Shown here: piece by piece, positions 1 through 12,905 of the stretch
Position numbering within the stretch: position 1 is the first letter of the stretch
Layout: every line of letters begins with the position of its first letter
Source: Macrostomum lignano
Lineage: Eukaryota
Assembly (NCBI GenBank): GCA_002269645.1
Contig: NIVC01002603.1
Location: 1-64,000, forward strand
Reading direction: 5' to 3'
DNA: 64,000 nucleotides
The notes under the pieces: generated by a model
Told to the model about the DNA's origin: nothing
The model's database searches: none
Seen by the model: the letters and a program-made list of their open reading frames with translations, nothing else
Position numbers and translations under genes: made by a program

Positions 1-3000
1 TCCAGCAATATTAATTTTTTCTCTCAAAGTTAAAAACTCGAGCAACAGTTTTGCGTTTGAAACTTTCTGATTTAAAGCATTGAAATATCAATTGTACGTT
101 CACTGCCTGCTAAAGCGGCCCGCAAGTTTATGCATTGAATTTCAAGGTTCAACAAAATCACAGGGCTGCCTATTGAAAATTAGAACACAAATCTTTGCGC
201 AATTGTCTATACAGTCAGCCAGTGAGCCAGGGTCCGATTGTACACAGGCAGCCATTTAGAACGCCCCATCCCCCCACTGGAGAGAAGAGAGATGGAAAAG
301 TTGTGGCGCAAATCACTTGAAATTCATGCAAATTTTCAGCTCCAAGCAAAAAAGGGGACAATTAAGATTATCAAAGGTCAAGACGTCGCCGTTTTCTGCT
401 TTTAGGATCTTAGAAAATTAAAATTTCAGAATTAAAATAGCCTATAGCCGACCATCGGATAATTTCCAATCTTCCCATATAAGTTTTCAACGCTGGAGTT
501 GGCACTATTCAAGGAGGAGTTTGTCGAAATGACAGACAGACACACAGACAGAACAGACAAACAACGCGTCAACTTAGTAAATATACGAGTGGAACTCCTC
601 CTCCGGAGGAGAAAGGGGAAGAACTCCCATTCATCGGAATTCCATTCCTCTGAAAATCCATCAGCTGAAACTCCATGACTTGAATCCACATCTTCCAAAT
701 CATCTCCAAAACCTCTGTAAAGCCTTTTTGCTCCTCCTCTTGCCCTCTTATCTTTCTACAGTGTAGTCTCTTATCTTTTCTCTCTAATCTGCTTTTCATC
801 TCTAGTCTCTCATCTCTGCTCTCTCTTCTTTGCTATCTTATATCTAGTCTCTCCTTTCTCTCCTCTCATCTCTACTCCCTTATGTATCTCTTCTCTCGTC
901 TTTCGTCTGTACCCTCATCTTGTCTCGTGTCTCCTCTCTTCTCTCTTATCTCTCTCTCTTCTCTCCTCTCTCATATGTCATCTCTACTCACTTATCTATC
1001 GTCTCTCTTTACCCTCTCTCTTCTCTCTGCTCTCATTTCTCATATCTCATATACGCTCTCACACTCTACTTTCTTGTCTCCATCTTTCTTTCCTCCTTTC
1101 CACTATCCCTGTCTCTTCTCTTCTCTCTTTTCTCCTCTCCTTTCTCCTTTCATCTTCTCCCCTCTCTTCTCTAATCTCTAATCTCTTCTCTCTTATGTTC
1201 TCACGCATATCTTCTCATCGTATCTCTCATCTCTCCTCTCCTCACTACTTTCCTCTCATTAACTCTCTCATCTCTGATCTTTCATCTCTCTCCTCTCTCC
1301 TCTCTCTTTTCTCCTTTCGCTTCTCTCTCCTCCCCCTCCTCTCATCTCTACTACCTTATTTATTTCTTCTCCCTGGTTTTTTCGTCTCTACTCTCTCCTG
1401 TCTCCTTTCTCCCCTCTTTCTCCTCTCTTCTCTCTCCTGTCTTCCCTCCTCTTCTCATCCCATCCCCTCATCTCACTCTTTCTTTCTCCTCTACTCTCCC
1501 CTCTCTTGTATCCCTTTGCTATCTCATATCTCCCTTCTCATTCCTCCTCTCTCCTCTCTCTTCTCTCTCCTTCGTTCCCGCCTTACTCCCCTCTTCTCTC
1601 CTATCTGTCATGTCTAATCTCTCCACTCATTTCTACTCTGTTTTCTATCATGTCATCTCTCTTCTCTTTTCATTCTTCTCTTACTCTCTCTCTGACTGAT
1701 TGAAGATGCCAAATCCATCAAGATCCTCTCCGCGAAGCAGTCTGTGCAACTGAAAACCATCGAAATCCTCTCTGTAAAAACTGAAAACCATCGAAATCCT
1801 CTCAGCGAAACAGAAATCCTGTCCGTGAAACTGATAACCATCGAAATTCTCTCTTAAAACTGGACTCAATCGAAATTTTCTCCGTCAAAAAAATAAAATA
1901 TCATGATTCACTGGTTAGGGTATTGTTAGGGTTAGGGTTAGGGTTAGAGCTACACACAGCTGCGTGTCCAAATAAAAAAAATTGAAACAATTGAATCAAT
2001 TGATTGCGCAACAGATTTCTCAGTCAGTCAGTATCAGTCTCAGTTAAAGTTAACAAAAAGATTGCGCAATTTAAATCAACCCTCCAGTACACAGAGACCG
2101 ACCCCTTTTCAATACGCAGTGGCAATTAGAAATTGAACCCCCAACTGTTGGGGGCATTGAACTAAAAATGAGTACAATCTTTGCAGAAAGCTAAAAGTAT
2201 GGAAATAGTTTTTTTATCTGTGCTTTTAGTCTTTATATTTAAAGCAAACAATTTATATCCTTGAACTCAGCGTTGCAAGATCTTTTCAGCAGTATAAGTC
2301 TCTTCTCTTAAAGTTTAGAACTCGAAGAGCCGTAAGCATTTGAAAGTTCCCGTTTTAAAGCATTGAAATATCGAGTGTACGTTCACTGCCTGCCAAAGAG
2401 GCTCGCAAGTTTATTCATTAATTACACACGCCGGCTATTACACAGGGCAGCCTATTGAAAGGCACAGATAATAAAAAAAATTGATGCGCAACCGATTTCA
2501 CAGTCAGTCAGTATCAGTCTCAGTTAAAGTTAACAAAAACATTGCGCAATCTAAATCAACCCTCCAATACACAGCAGCAGTGAGAAGTTAAACCCTCCCC
2601 CAACTTTATCTATTACGTCTCGCAAAACTGAGTACAATTTTTGCAGAAAGTTAAAAGTATGGAAATACTTTTTCAAATGCTGTGCTTTTCTCTTTTCATA
2701 TTTAAAGCAAACAACTTATATCCTCGAACTCTGCGTTGCAAGATCTTTCCAGCAATATAAGTTTCTCCTCTCAAAGTTTAAAACTCGAGGAACAGTTAGC
2801 GTTTGAAATTTACCGATTTCCCGACTTCTTGCTAGAGATGCTCGCAAGTTTATTCATTGAAATTCACTGCCCAGCTAATACACAGGGCCGATAATAAAAC
2901 CAATTGAATCTCGGCACAGTTCTATCTGTTTAAAACAGCTATGTACACTCAGCCCAAGCCCAACCCCCCCGTTCCGGGGGAATCATTAAATTTAACCCAA

Positions 3001-3349
3001 CCCCCCGACACGCGGGGGTTTTATTTGCATTGAACCCAGAACACGCGCACCCACCACCCCTCAATACACAGCGGCCCGCGGCGGAGGTTGGGTGGCTATT
3101 TTTACAAACTGGCTGCAAGCCCAGGCAGAGTGGCAAAGAAGGTTATTGGGGGTCAAAAAGGCAGTTTCTGCTTTTTTGAGGATCTTAGAAATTAAAATTT
3201 CAGAATTAAAATAGCCTATAGCCGACCTCGGATAATTTCCAATCTTCCCATATAAGTTTCAACGCTGAGTTGGCACTATTCAAGGAGGAGTTGTCGAAAT
3301 GACAGACAGACACACAGACAGACAGACAACAACACGTCAACTTTAGTAT

Positions 3350-5554
3350 ATACGAGTGGAACTCCTCCTTCGGAGAGAAAGGGGAAGAACTCCCATCACC
3401 GGAATTCTATTCCCTGAAATATCCATCAACTGAAATTCCATGTCTTTAACCCTATCTTCCAAATCGTCTCCAAATTCTTTACAAAATCTTTCAAAGACCA
3501 TAGCTCAAAGACTCTCAAGTCTCTCATATCTCCTCTCTCCTCTCTTTCATCTCATCTCTAACCCTGTTCCCTTATTTATCTCTTCTCCCTCGTCTTTCGT
3601 CTGTACCTTCTCCTGTCTTCTGTCTCCTCTCTTCACTCTTATCTCTCCCTCTTCTCTCCTCTCTCATATGTCATCTCTACTCACTTATCTATCGTCTCTC
3701 TTAACCCTCTCTCTCTCTTCTCTTTTCTCTTCTCTCTGCTCTCATTTCTCATATTTCATATACGCTCTGACACTACTTTCTTGTCTCCCATCTTTCTTCC
3801 TCCTTTTCACTATCCCCTGTCTCTTCTCTTCTCTCTTTTCTATTCTCTCCATTCTCTCTTTTCTCATTTCCTTGCTCCTTTCATCTCTCTCCTCTCTCCT
3901 CACTCTCTTCTCCTTTCGCTTCTCTCTCCTCTCTCTCCTCTCATCTTTACTACCTTATTTATATCTTCTCCCTAGTCTTTCGTCTGTACTCTCTCCTGTC
4001 TCCTCTCTCCCCTCCTCTCTCATCCCTCATCTCCTCATCTCCTCATCTCACTCTTTCTTTCTCCTCTACTCTCCCCTCTCTTCTATTGCCTCTGTACGCT
4101 CTTATCCCTCATCTATTCTCTCTCCTATCATCTCCAATCTGTCATGTCTAATCTCTCCACTCAATTTTACTCTGTTTTCTATCATCTCTTCTCTCTTCTC
4201 TTTTCAGTCTTCTCTTTACTCTCTTCTCTGACTGATTGAAGATGCCAAATCCATCAAAATCCTCTCCGCGAAGCAAAAATCCTGTCTGTGCAACTAAAAA
4301 CCATCGAAATCCTCTCAGTGAAACTGGACTCCTTCGAAATCCTCTCCTTGAAACCTGAATCCATCAAAATTGTTTCCATAAAACAGAAATCAATCATAAA
4401 TTATCTCAGCGAAACAGAAAGCCTCTCCGTGAAGCTGAACATGATCGAAATCCTCTCCGTGAAACTGAACACCATGGAAATCCTTTCGTGAAACTGAACA
4501 TCATCGAAATCCTCTCCACGAAACAGAAATCTTCTCCGTCAGAATTTAAACATTGAAATCGTCTCCGCTAAACTTGACTTAATCGAATTTTTTCCGTCAA
4601 ACAACTTAACTCGCCAGATTCATTAGGGTTAGGGTTAGGGTTAGGGTTAGAACTACGCACAGCTTCGTGTTAAAAGGCACAGATAAAAATATTGAACTAA
4701 TTGAATCAATTCATTGCGCAACCGATTTCACAGTCAGTCAGTATCAGCCTCAGGTAAAGTTAACAAAAGATTGCGCAATCTAAATCAACCCTCCAATCCA
4801 CAGCTGTAGTGAGAAGTTGAACCCTCCCCCAACTTTATCTATTACGTCTTGCAAAACTGAGTACAATATTTGCAAAAAGTTAAAAGTATGGAAATAGTTT
4901 TCCAAATGCTGTGCTTTTTCTTTTCATAGTTAAAGCAAACAACTTATATCCCCGAACTCAGCGTTGCAAGATCTTGCCAGCAATATAAGTTTCTCCTCTC
5001 AAAGTTTAAAACTCGAGGAACAGTTAGCGTTTGAAACTGTCTGATTTATAGCATTGAAGTATCGAGTGTACGTTCACTGCCTGCTTGCAAGTTGATGCAT
5101 TGAATTTCAATGTCCAACAAATACACAGGACTGCCCATTGATAGGCAGGAAAACTTATCAGTAGCCATATCATTGCGCAATTATCTATAAAGTCAGCCAG
5201 TGAGCCAGGGTCCAATTGTACACACGCCGCCAATGAGAACGCGCCCATTCCCCCACAGGAGAGAAAATGCACTGGCGACATAGGAAAAAGTTGTGGCGTA
5301 ATCACTCAAAATTTATGCAATTTTCAGCTCCGAGCAGAAAGAGGGGACAATTAAGATTATCAAAGGTCAAGACCGCCGTTTTCTGCTTTTTTAGGGATCT
5401 TAAAAATTGAAAATGAAAGATTAAAATAGCCTAAAGCCATCCTCGGAAAATTTGCAGTTTTCCCATATAAGTTTCAACGCTGAGTTGCAAGTATTCTAGG
5501 AGGAGTTATCGAACTGACATACAGACAGACAAACAACGCGTCAACTTTAGTATA
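3350..5554 (+). repeat. Long unit, near-identical to 10467-12672 (offset ~7.1 kb)
   Basis: The same ORF-track translations recur at 3440/10557, 4288/11401 and 5024/12138. Confidence 0.9.
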
Positions 5555-8500
5555 TACGAGGCCAACTCCTCCTTCGGAGAAGAAAGGGGAAGAACTCCAA
5601 TCAGCGGAATTCCATTCCCTGAACTCCATCAGCGGAATCCCATTTTTACAACACCTCTCCGCGCAACAGAAATCGTCTCCGTGAAACTGAACACAATCGA
5701 AATCCTCTCCGTGAAACTGAACACCATCGAAATATTCTACGCGAAATAGAAATCCTCTCCGTGAAACTGGACTAAATCGAAATTTCTACGTCAAACAGCC
5801 CAGCTCTAGAATTCATTGGTTAAGGTTAGGGTTAGGGTTAGAGCTACACACAGCTGCGTGTTGAAAGACGCCGTAAAAACATTGAACCAATTAAATTGCG
5901 CAACTTATTTCTCAGGCAGTCAGTATCAGCCTCAGTTAAAGTTAACAAAAAGATTGCGCAATCTAAATCAACCCTCAAATACACAGCAACCGACTCCCCT
6001 TCCAATACGCAGTGCAGCTAGAAATTGAACCCCCCCTCACCAACTATTGGGGGGTCGGTCGAACCCCCATTGAACTCCAAAATGAGAACAATCTTTGCAG
6101 AAAGCTAAAAGTATGAAAATCTTTTCTTGAATGCTGTGAATTTAATTTTCATATTTAAAGCAAAAAACTTATATCCCCGAACTTATCGCAGCAAGATCTT
6201 TCCAGCAATATAAGTTTCTCCTCTCTAAGTTCAAAACTCGAGCAACAGTTAGTGTTTGAAACTTTCTGATTTTAAGCATTGAAATATCGAGTGTACGTTC
6301 ACTGCCTGCTAAAGATGCTCGCAAGTTTATGCATTTAAATGCACTGAATTTCACTGTGCAAAAAATACACAGGGCTTCCTGTTAAAAAACAGAACACAAA
6401 TATTTGCGCAATTGTCTATAAAGTGAGCCAGTGAGCCAGGGTCCAATTGTACACACGCCGCCAATAAGAACGCGCCATTCCCCACAGGAGAGAAAATGCA
6501 CTGGCGACATAGGAAAAAGTTGTGGCGTAATCACTCAAAATTTATGCCAATTTTCAGCTCCGAGCAGAAAGAGGGGACAATTAAGATTATCAAAGGTCAA
6601 GACCGCCGTTTTCTGCTTTTTTAGGGATCTTAAAAATTGAAAATGAAAGATTAAAATAGCCTAAAGCCATCCTCGGAAAATTTTCAGTTTTCCAATATAA
6701 GTTTCAACGCTGAGTTGCAAGTATTCTAGGAGGAGTTATCGAACTGACATACATACAGACAAACAACGCACCACTTTTAGTATTAACGATAGACGAGGCC
6801 AACTCCTCCTTCGGAGAAGAAAGGGGAAGAACTCCAATCAGCGGAATTCCATTCCCTGAACTCCATCAGCGGAATCCCATTTTCAACACCTCTCCGCGCA
6901 ACAGAAATCGTCTCCGTGAAACTGAACACAATCGAAATCCTCTCCGTGAAACTGAACACCATCGAAATATTCTACGCGAAATAGAAATCCTCTCCGTGAA
7001 ACTGGACTAAATCGAAATTTCTACGTCAAACAGCCCAGCTCTTAGAATTCATTGGTTAAGGTTAGGGTTAGGGTTAGAGCTACACACAGCTGCGTGTTGA
7101 AAGACGCCGTAAAAACATTGAACCAATTAAATTGCGCAACTTATTTCTCAGGCAGTCAGTATCAGCCTCAGTTAAAGTTAACAAAAAGATTGCGCAATCT
7201 AAATCAACCCTCAAATACACAGCAACCGACTCCCCTTCCAATACGCAGTGCAGCTAGAAATTGAACCCCCCCCTCACCAACTATTGGGGGTCGGTCGAAC
7301 CCCCATTGAACTCCAAAATGAGAACAATCTTTGCAGAAAGCTAAAAGTATGAAAATCTTTTCTTGAATGCTGTGAATTTAATTTTCATATTTAAAGCAAA
7401 AAACTTATATCCCCGAACTTATCGCAGCAAGATCTTTCCAGCAATATAAGTTTCTCCTCTCTAAGTTCAAAACTCGAGCAACAGTTAGTGTTTGAAACTT
7501 TCTGATTTTAAGCATTGAAATATCGAGTGTACGTTCACTGCCTGCTAAAGATGCTCGCAAGTTTATGCATTTAAATGCACTGAATTTCACTGTGCAAAAA
7601 ATACACAGGGCTTCCTGTTAAAAAACAGAACACAAATATTTGCGCAATTGTCTATAAAGTGAGCCAGTGAGCCAGGGTCCAATTGTACACACGCCGCCAA
7701 TAAGAACGCGCCCATTCCCCCACAGGAGAGAAAATGCACTGGCGACATAGGAAAAAGTTGTGGCGTAATCACTCAAAATTTATGCCAATTTTCAGCTCCG
7801 AGCAGAAAGAGGGGACAATTAAGATTATCAAAGGTCAAGACCGCCGTTTTCTGCTTTTTTAGGGATCTTAAAAATTGAAAATGAAAGATTAAAATAGCCT
7901 AAAGCCATCCTCGGAAAATTTTCAGTTTTCCAATATAAGTTTCAACGCTGAGTTGCAAGTATTCTAGGAGGAGTTATCGAACTGACATACATACAGACAA
8001 ACAACGCACCACTTTTAGTATTAACGATAGACGAGGCCAACTCCTCCTTCGGAGAAGAAAGGGGAAGAACTCCAATCAGCGGAATTCCATTCCCTGAACT
8101 CCATCAGCGGAATCCCATTTTTACAACACCTCTCCGCGCAACAGAAATCGTCTCCGTGAAACTGAACACAATCGAAATCCTCTCCGTGAAACTGAACACC
8201 ATCGAAATATTCTACGCGAAATAGAAATCCTCTCCGTGAAACTGGACTAAATCGAAATTTCTACGTCAAACAGCCCAGCTCTTAGAATTCATTGGTTAAG
8301 GTTAGGGTTAGGGTTAGAGCTACACACAGCTGCGTGTTGAAAGACGCCGTAAAAACATTGAACCAATTAAATTGCGCAACTTATTTCTCAGGCAGTCAGT
8401 ATCAGCCTCAGTTAAAGTTAACAAAAAGATTGCGCAATCTAAATCAACCCTCAAATACACAGCAACCGACTCCCCTTCCAATACGCAGTGCAGCTAGAAA

Positions 8501-10466
8501 TTGAACCCCCCCTCACCAACTATTGGGGGGTCGGTCGAACCCCCATTGAACTCCAAAATGAGAACAATCTTTGCAGAAAGCTAAAAGTATGAAAATCTTT
8601 TCTTGAATGCTGTGAATTTAATTTTCATATTTAAAGCAAAAAACTTATATCCCCGAACTTATCGCAGCAAGATCTTTCCAGCAATATAAGTTTCTCCTCT
8701 CTAAGTTCAAAACTCGAGCAACAGTTAGTGTTTGAAACTTTCTGATTTTAAGCATTGAAATATCGAGTGTACGTTCACTGCCTGCTAAAGATGCTCGCAA
8801 GTTTATGCATTTAAATGCACTGAATTTCACTGTGCAAAAAATACACAGGGCTTCCTGTTAAAAAACAGAACACAAATATTTGCGCAATTGTCTATAAAGT
8901 GAGCCAGTGAGCCAGGGTCCAATTGTACACACGCCGCCAATAAGAACGCGCCCATTCCCCCACAGGAGAGAAAATGCACTGGCGACATAGGAAAAAGTTG
9001 TGGCGTAATCACTCAAAATTTATGCCAATTTTCAGCTCCGAGCAGAAAGAGGGGACAATTAAGATTATCAAAGGTCAAGACCGCCGTTTTCTGCTTTTTT
9101 AGGGATCTTAAAAATTGAAAATGAAAGATTAAAATAGCCTAAAGCCATCCTCGGAAAATTTTCAGTTTTCCAATATAAGTTTCAACGCTGAGTTGCAAGT
9201 ATTCTAGGAGGAGTTATCGAACTGACATACATACAGACAAACAACGCACCACTTTTAGTATTAACGAGGCCAACTCCTCCTTCGGAGAAGAAAGGGGAAG
9301 AACTCCAATCAGCGGAATTCCATTCCCTGAACTCCATCAGCGGAATCCCATTTTCCAACACCTCTCCGCGCAACAGAAATCGTCTCCGTGAAACTGAACA
9401 CCATCGAAATATTCTCCGCGAAATAGAAATCCTCTCCGTGAAACTGGACTAAATCGAAATTTCTACGTCAAACAGCCCAGCTCTCAGAATTCATTGGTTA
9501 AGGTTAGGGTTAGGGTTAGAGCTACACACAGCTGCGTGTTGAAAGACGCCGTAAAAACATTGAACCAATTAAATTGCGCAACTTATTTCTCAGGCAGTCA
9601 GTATCAGCCTCAGTTAAAGTTAACAAAAAGATTGCGCAATCTAAATCAACCCTCAAATACACAGCAACCGACTCCCCTTCCAATACGCAGTGCAGCTAGA
9701 AATTGAACCCCCCCCCACCAACTATTGGGGGGTCGGTCGAACCCCCATTGAACTCCAAAATGAGCACAATCTTTGCAGAAAGCTAAAAGTATGAAAATCT
9801 TTTCTTGAATGCTGTGAATTTAATTTTCATATTTAAAGCAAAAAACTTATATCCCCGAACTCATTGCAGCAAGATCTTTCCAGCAATATAAGTCTCTCCT
9901 CTCTAAGTTCAAAACTCGAGCAACAGTTAGTGTTTGAAACTTTCTGATTTTAAGCATTGAAATATCGAGTGTACGTTCACTGCCTGCTAAAGATGCTCGC
10001 AAGTTTATGCATTAAAATGCACTGAATTTCACTGTGCAAAAAATACACAGGGCTTCCTGTTAAAAAACAGAACACAAATAGTTGCGCAATTGTCTATAAA
10101 GTCAGTCAGTGAGCCAGGGTTCAAGTGTACACACGCAGCCACTGAGAACGCGACCATCCCCCCACTTGAGAGAAAATACACTGCCAAGATAGAAAAATTT
10201 TATGGCGCAATCACTAAAATTTATGCAAATTTTCAGCTCCAAGCAGAAAGAGGGACAATTAAGATTATCAAAGGTCAAGACCGCCATTTTCTGCTTTTTT
10301 AGGGATCTTAAAAATTGAAAATGAAAGATTAAAATAGCCTAAAGCCATCCTCGGAAAATTTGCAGTTTTCCCATATAAGTTTCAACGCTGACTTGCAAGT
10401 ATTCTAGGAGGAGTTATCCAACAAACACACACACACACAGACAAACAACGCACCAACTTTAGTATT
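5555..10466 (+). repeat. Four tandem ~1.2 kb short units
   Basis: Identical 70-aa ORF at 5816, 7052, 8292 and 9494 (spacing 1236, 1240, 1202). Confidence 0.95.
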
Positions 10467-12676
10467 AACGAGTGGAACTCCTCCTTCGGAGGAGAAAGGG
10501 GAAGAACTCCCATCACCGGAATTCTATTCCCTGAAATATCCATCAACTGAAATTCCATGTCTTTAACCCTATCTTCCAAATCGTCTCCAAATTCTTTACA
10601 AAATCTTTCAAAGACCATAGCTCAAAGACTCTCAAGTCTCTCATATCTCCTCTCTCCTCTCTCTCATCTCATCTCTACCCCTGCTCCCTTATTTATCTCT
10701 TCTCCCTCGTCTTTCGTCTGTACCTTCTCCTGTCTTCTGTCTCCTCTCTTCACTCTTATCTCTCCCTCTTCTCTCCTCTCTCATATGTCATCTCTACTCA
10801 CTTATCTATCGTCTCTCTTAACCCTCTCTCTCTCTCTTCTCTTTTCTCTTCTCTCTGCTCTCATTTCTCATATTTCATATACGCTCTGACACTACTTTCT
10901 TGTCTCCCATCTTTCTTCCTCCTTTTCACTATCCCCTGTCTCTTCTCTTCTCTCTTTTCTATTCTCTCCATTCTCTCTTTTCTCCTTTCCTTGCTCCTTT
11001 CATCTCTCTCCTCTCTCCTCACTCTCTTCTCCTTTCGCTTCTCTCTCCTCTCTCTCCTCTCATCTTTACTACCTTATTTATATCTTCTCCCTAGTCTTTC
11101 GTCTGTACTCTCTCCTGTCTCCTCTCTCCCCTGCTCTCTCATCCCTCATCTCCTCATCTCACTCTTTCTTTCTCCTCTACTCTCCCCTCTCTTCTATTGC
11201 CTCTGTACGCTCTTATCCCTCATCTATTCTCTCTCCTATCATCTCCAATCTGTCATGTCTAATCTCTCCACTCAATTATACTCTGTTTTCTATCATCTCT
11301 TCTCTCTTCTCTTTTCAGTCTTCTCTTTACACTCTCTTCTCTGACTGATTGAAGATGCCAAATCCATCAAGATCCTCTCCGCGAAGCAAAAATCCTGTCT
11401 GTGCAACTAAAAACCATCGAAATCCTCTCAGTGAAACTGGACTCCTTCGAAATCCTCTCCTTGAAACTTAAATCCATCAAAATTGTTTCCATAAAACAGA
11501 AATCAATCATAAATTATCTCCGCGAAACAGAAAGCCTCTCCGTGAAGCTGAACATGATCGAAATCCTCTCCGTGAAACTGAACACTATGGAAATCCTTTC
11601 GTGAAGCTGAACATGATCGAAATCCTCTCCACGAAACAGAAATCTTCTCCGTCAGAATTTAAACATTGAAATCGTCTCCGCTAAACTTGACTTAATCGAT
11701 TTTTTTCCGTCAAACAACTCAACTCGCCAGATTCATTAGGGTTAGGGTTAGGGTTAGGGTTAGAACTACGCACAGCTTCGTGTTAAAAGGCACAGATAAA
11801 AATATTGAACTAATTGAATCAATTCATTGCGCAACCGATTTCACAGTCAGTCAGTATCAGCCTCAGGTAAAGTTAACAAAAGATTGCGCAATCTAAATCA
11901 ACCCTCCAATCCACAGCTGTAGTGAGAAGTTGAACCCTCCCCCCAACTTTATCTATTACGTCTTGCAAAACTGAGTACAATATTTGCAAAAAGTTAAAAG
12001 TATGGAAATAGTTTTCCAAATGCTGTGCTTTTTCTTTTCATAGTTAAAGCAAACAACTTATATCCCCGAACTCAGCGTTGCAAGATCTTTCCAGCAATAT
12101 AAGTTTCTCCTCTCAAAGTTTAAAACTCGAGGAACAGTTAGCGTTTGAAACTGTCTGATTTATAGCATTGAAGTATCGAGTGTACGTTCACTGCCTGCTT
12201 GCAAGTTGATGCATTGAATTTCAATGTCCAACAAATACACAGGACTGCCCATTGATAGGCAGGAAAACTTATCAGTAGCCATATCATTGCGCAATTATCT
12301 ATAAAGTCAGCCAGTGAGCCAGGGTCCAATTGTACACACGCCGCCAATGAGAACGCGCCCATTCCCCCACAGGAGAGAAAATGCACTGGCGACATAGGAA
12401 AAAGTTGTGGCGTAATCACTCAAAATTTATGCCAATTTTCAGCTCCGAGCAGAAAGAGGGGACAATTAAGATTATCAAAGGTCAAGACCGCCGTTTTCTG
12501 CTTTTTTAGGGATCTTAAAAATTGAAAATGAAAGATTAAAATAGCCTAAAGCCATCCTCGGAAAATTTGCAGTTTTCCCATATAAGTTTCAACGCTGAGT
12601 TGCAAGTATTCTAGGAGGAGTTATCGAACTGACATACAGACAGACAAACAACGCGTCAACTTTAGTATATATAGAG

Positions 12677-12707
<31 letters not shown>

Positions 12708-12905
12708 AGAGGATGTACATGTAGAATTCTTGGCTTTGTTCCCCCTCCCATGATTTAACACAGTCGAGTTGAGCTTCCTCCTACTTCAGGTGTCCATGCA
12801 TTGAACAATCTGATTGGAGAGTTGAGCTGAGACCAATAAGGCCATGGTAATCCTATAACTGAGAGAGTTTTGCTGGCTCACCAAAAAGTTTCAGGAGCAG
12901 TCAGC

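Larger units (their letters stand above)
1..12672 (+). mobile_element. Head-to-tail array of >=8 units of a DINE-1/HINE-like (Helentron-associated) non-autonomous element; short (~1.2 kb) and long (2.2-2.8 kb, CT-rich insert) variants
   Basis: Unit junctions at ~583, 3350, 5555, 6791, 8031, 9263 and 10467; the array ends at ~12672 against (GATA)n. Each unit starts AACTCCTCC; the adjacent partial inverted repeat gives a perfect CTCCTCC-TTC-GGAGGAG hairpin at 10478-10494 (variants elsewhere). The complementary GGAGGAGTT lies ~45-55 nt from the other end, followed by (CAGA)n and CTTTAGTAT. No coding capacity. Family call is by structural analogy. Confidence 0.6.

Noticed and set aside
882-11344. 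Ser/Leu-rich ORFs in the CT-rich tracts and the repeated 61-93 aa ORFs of the array
   Set aside because: Translations of low-complexity or repeated non-coding element sequence; no Rep/helicase or transposase motifs.
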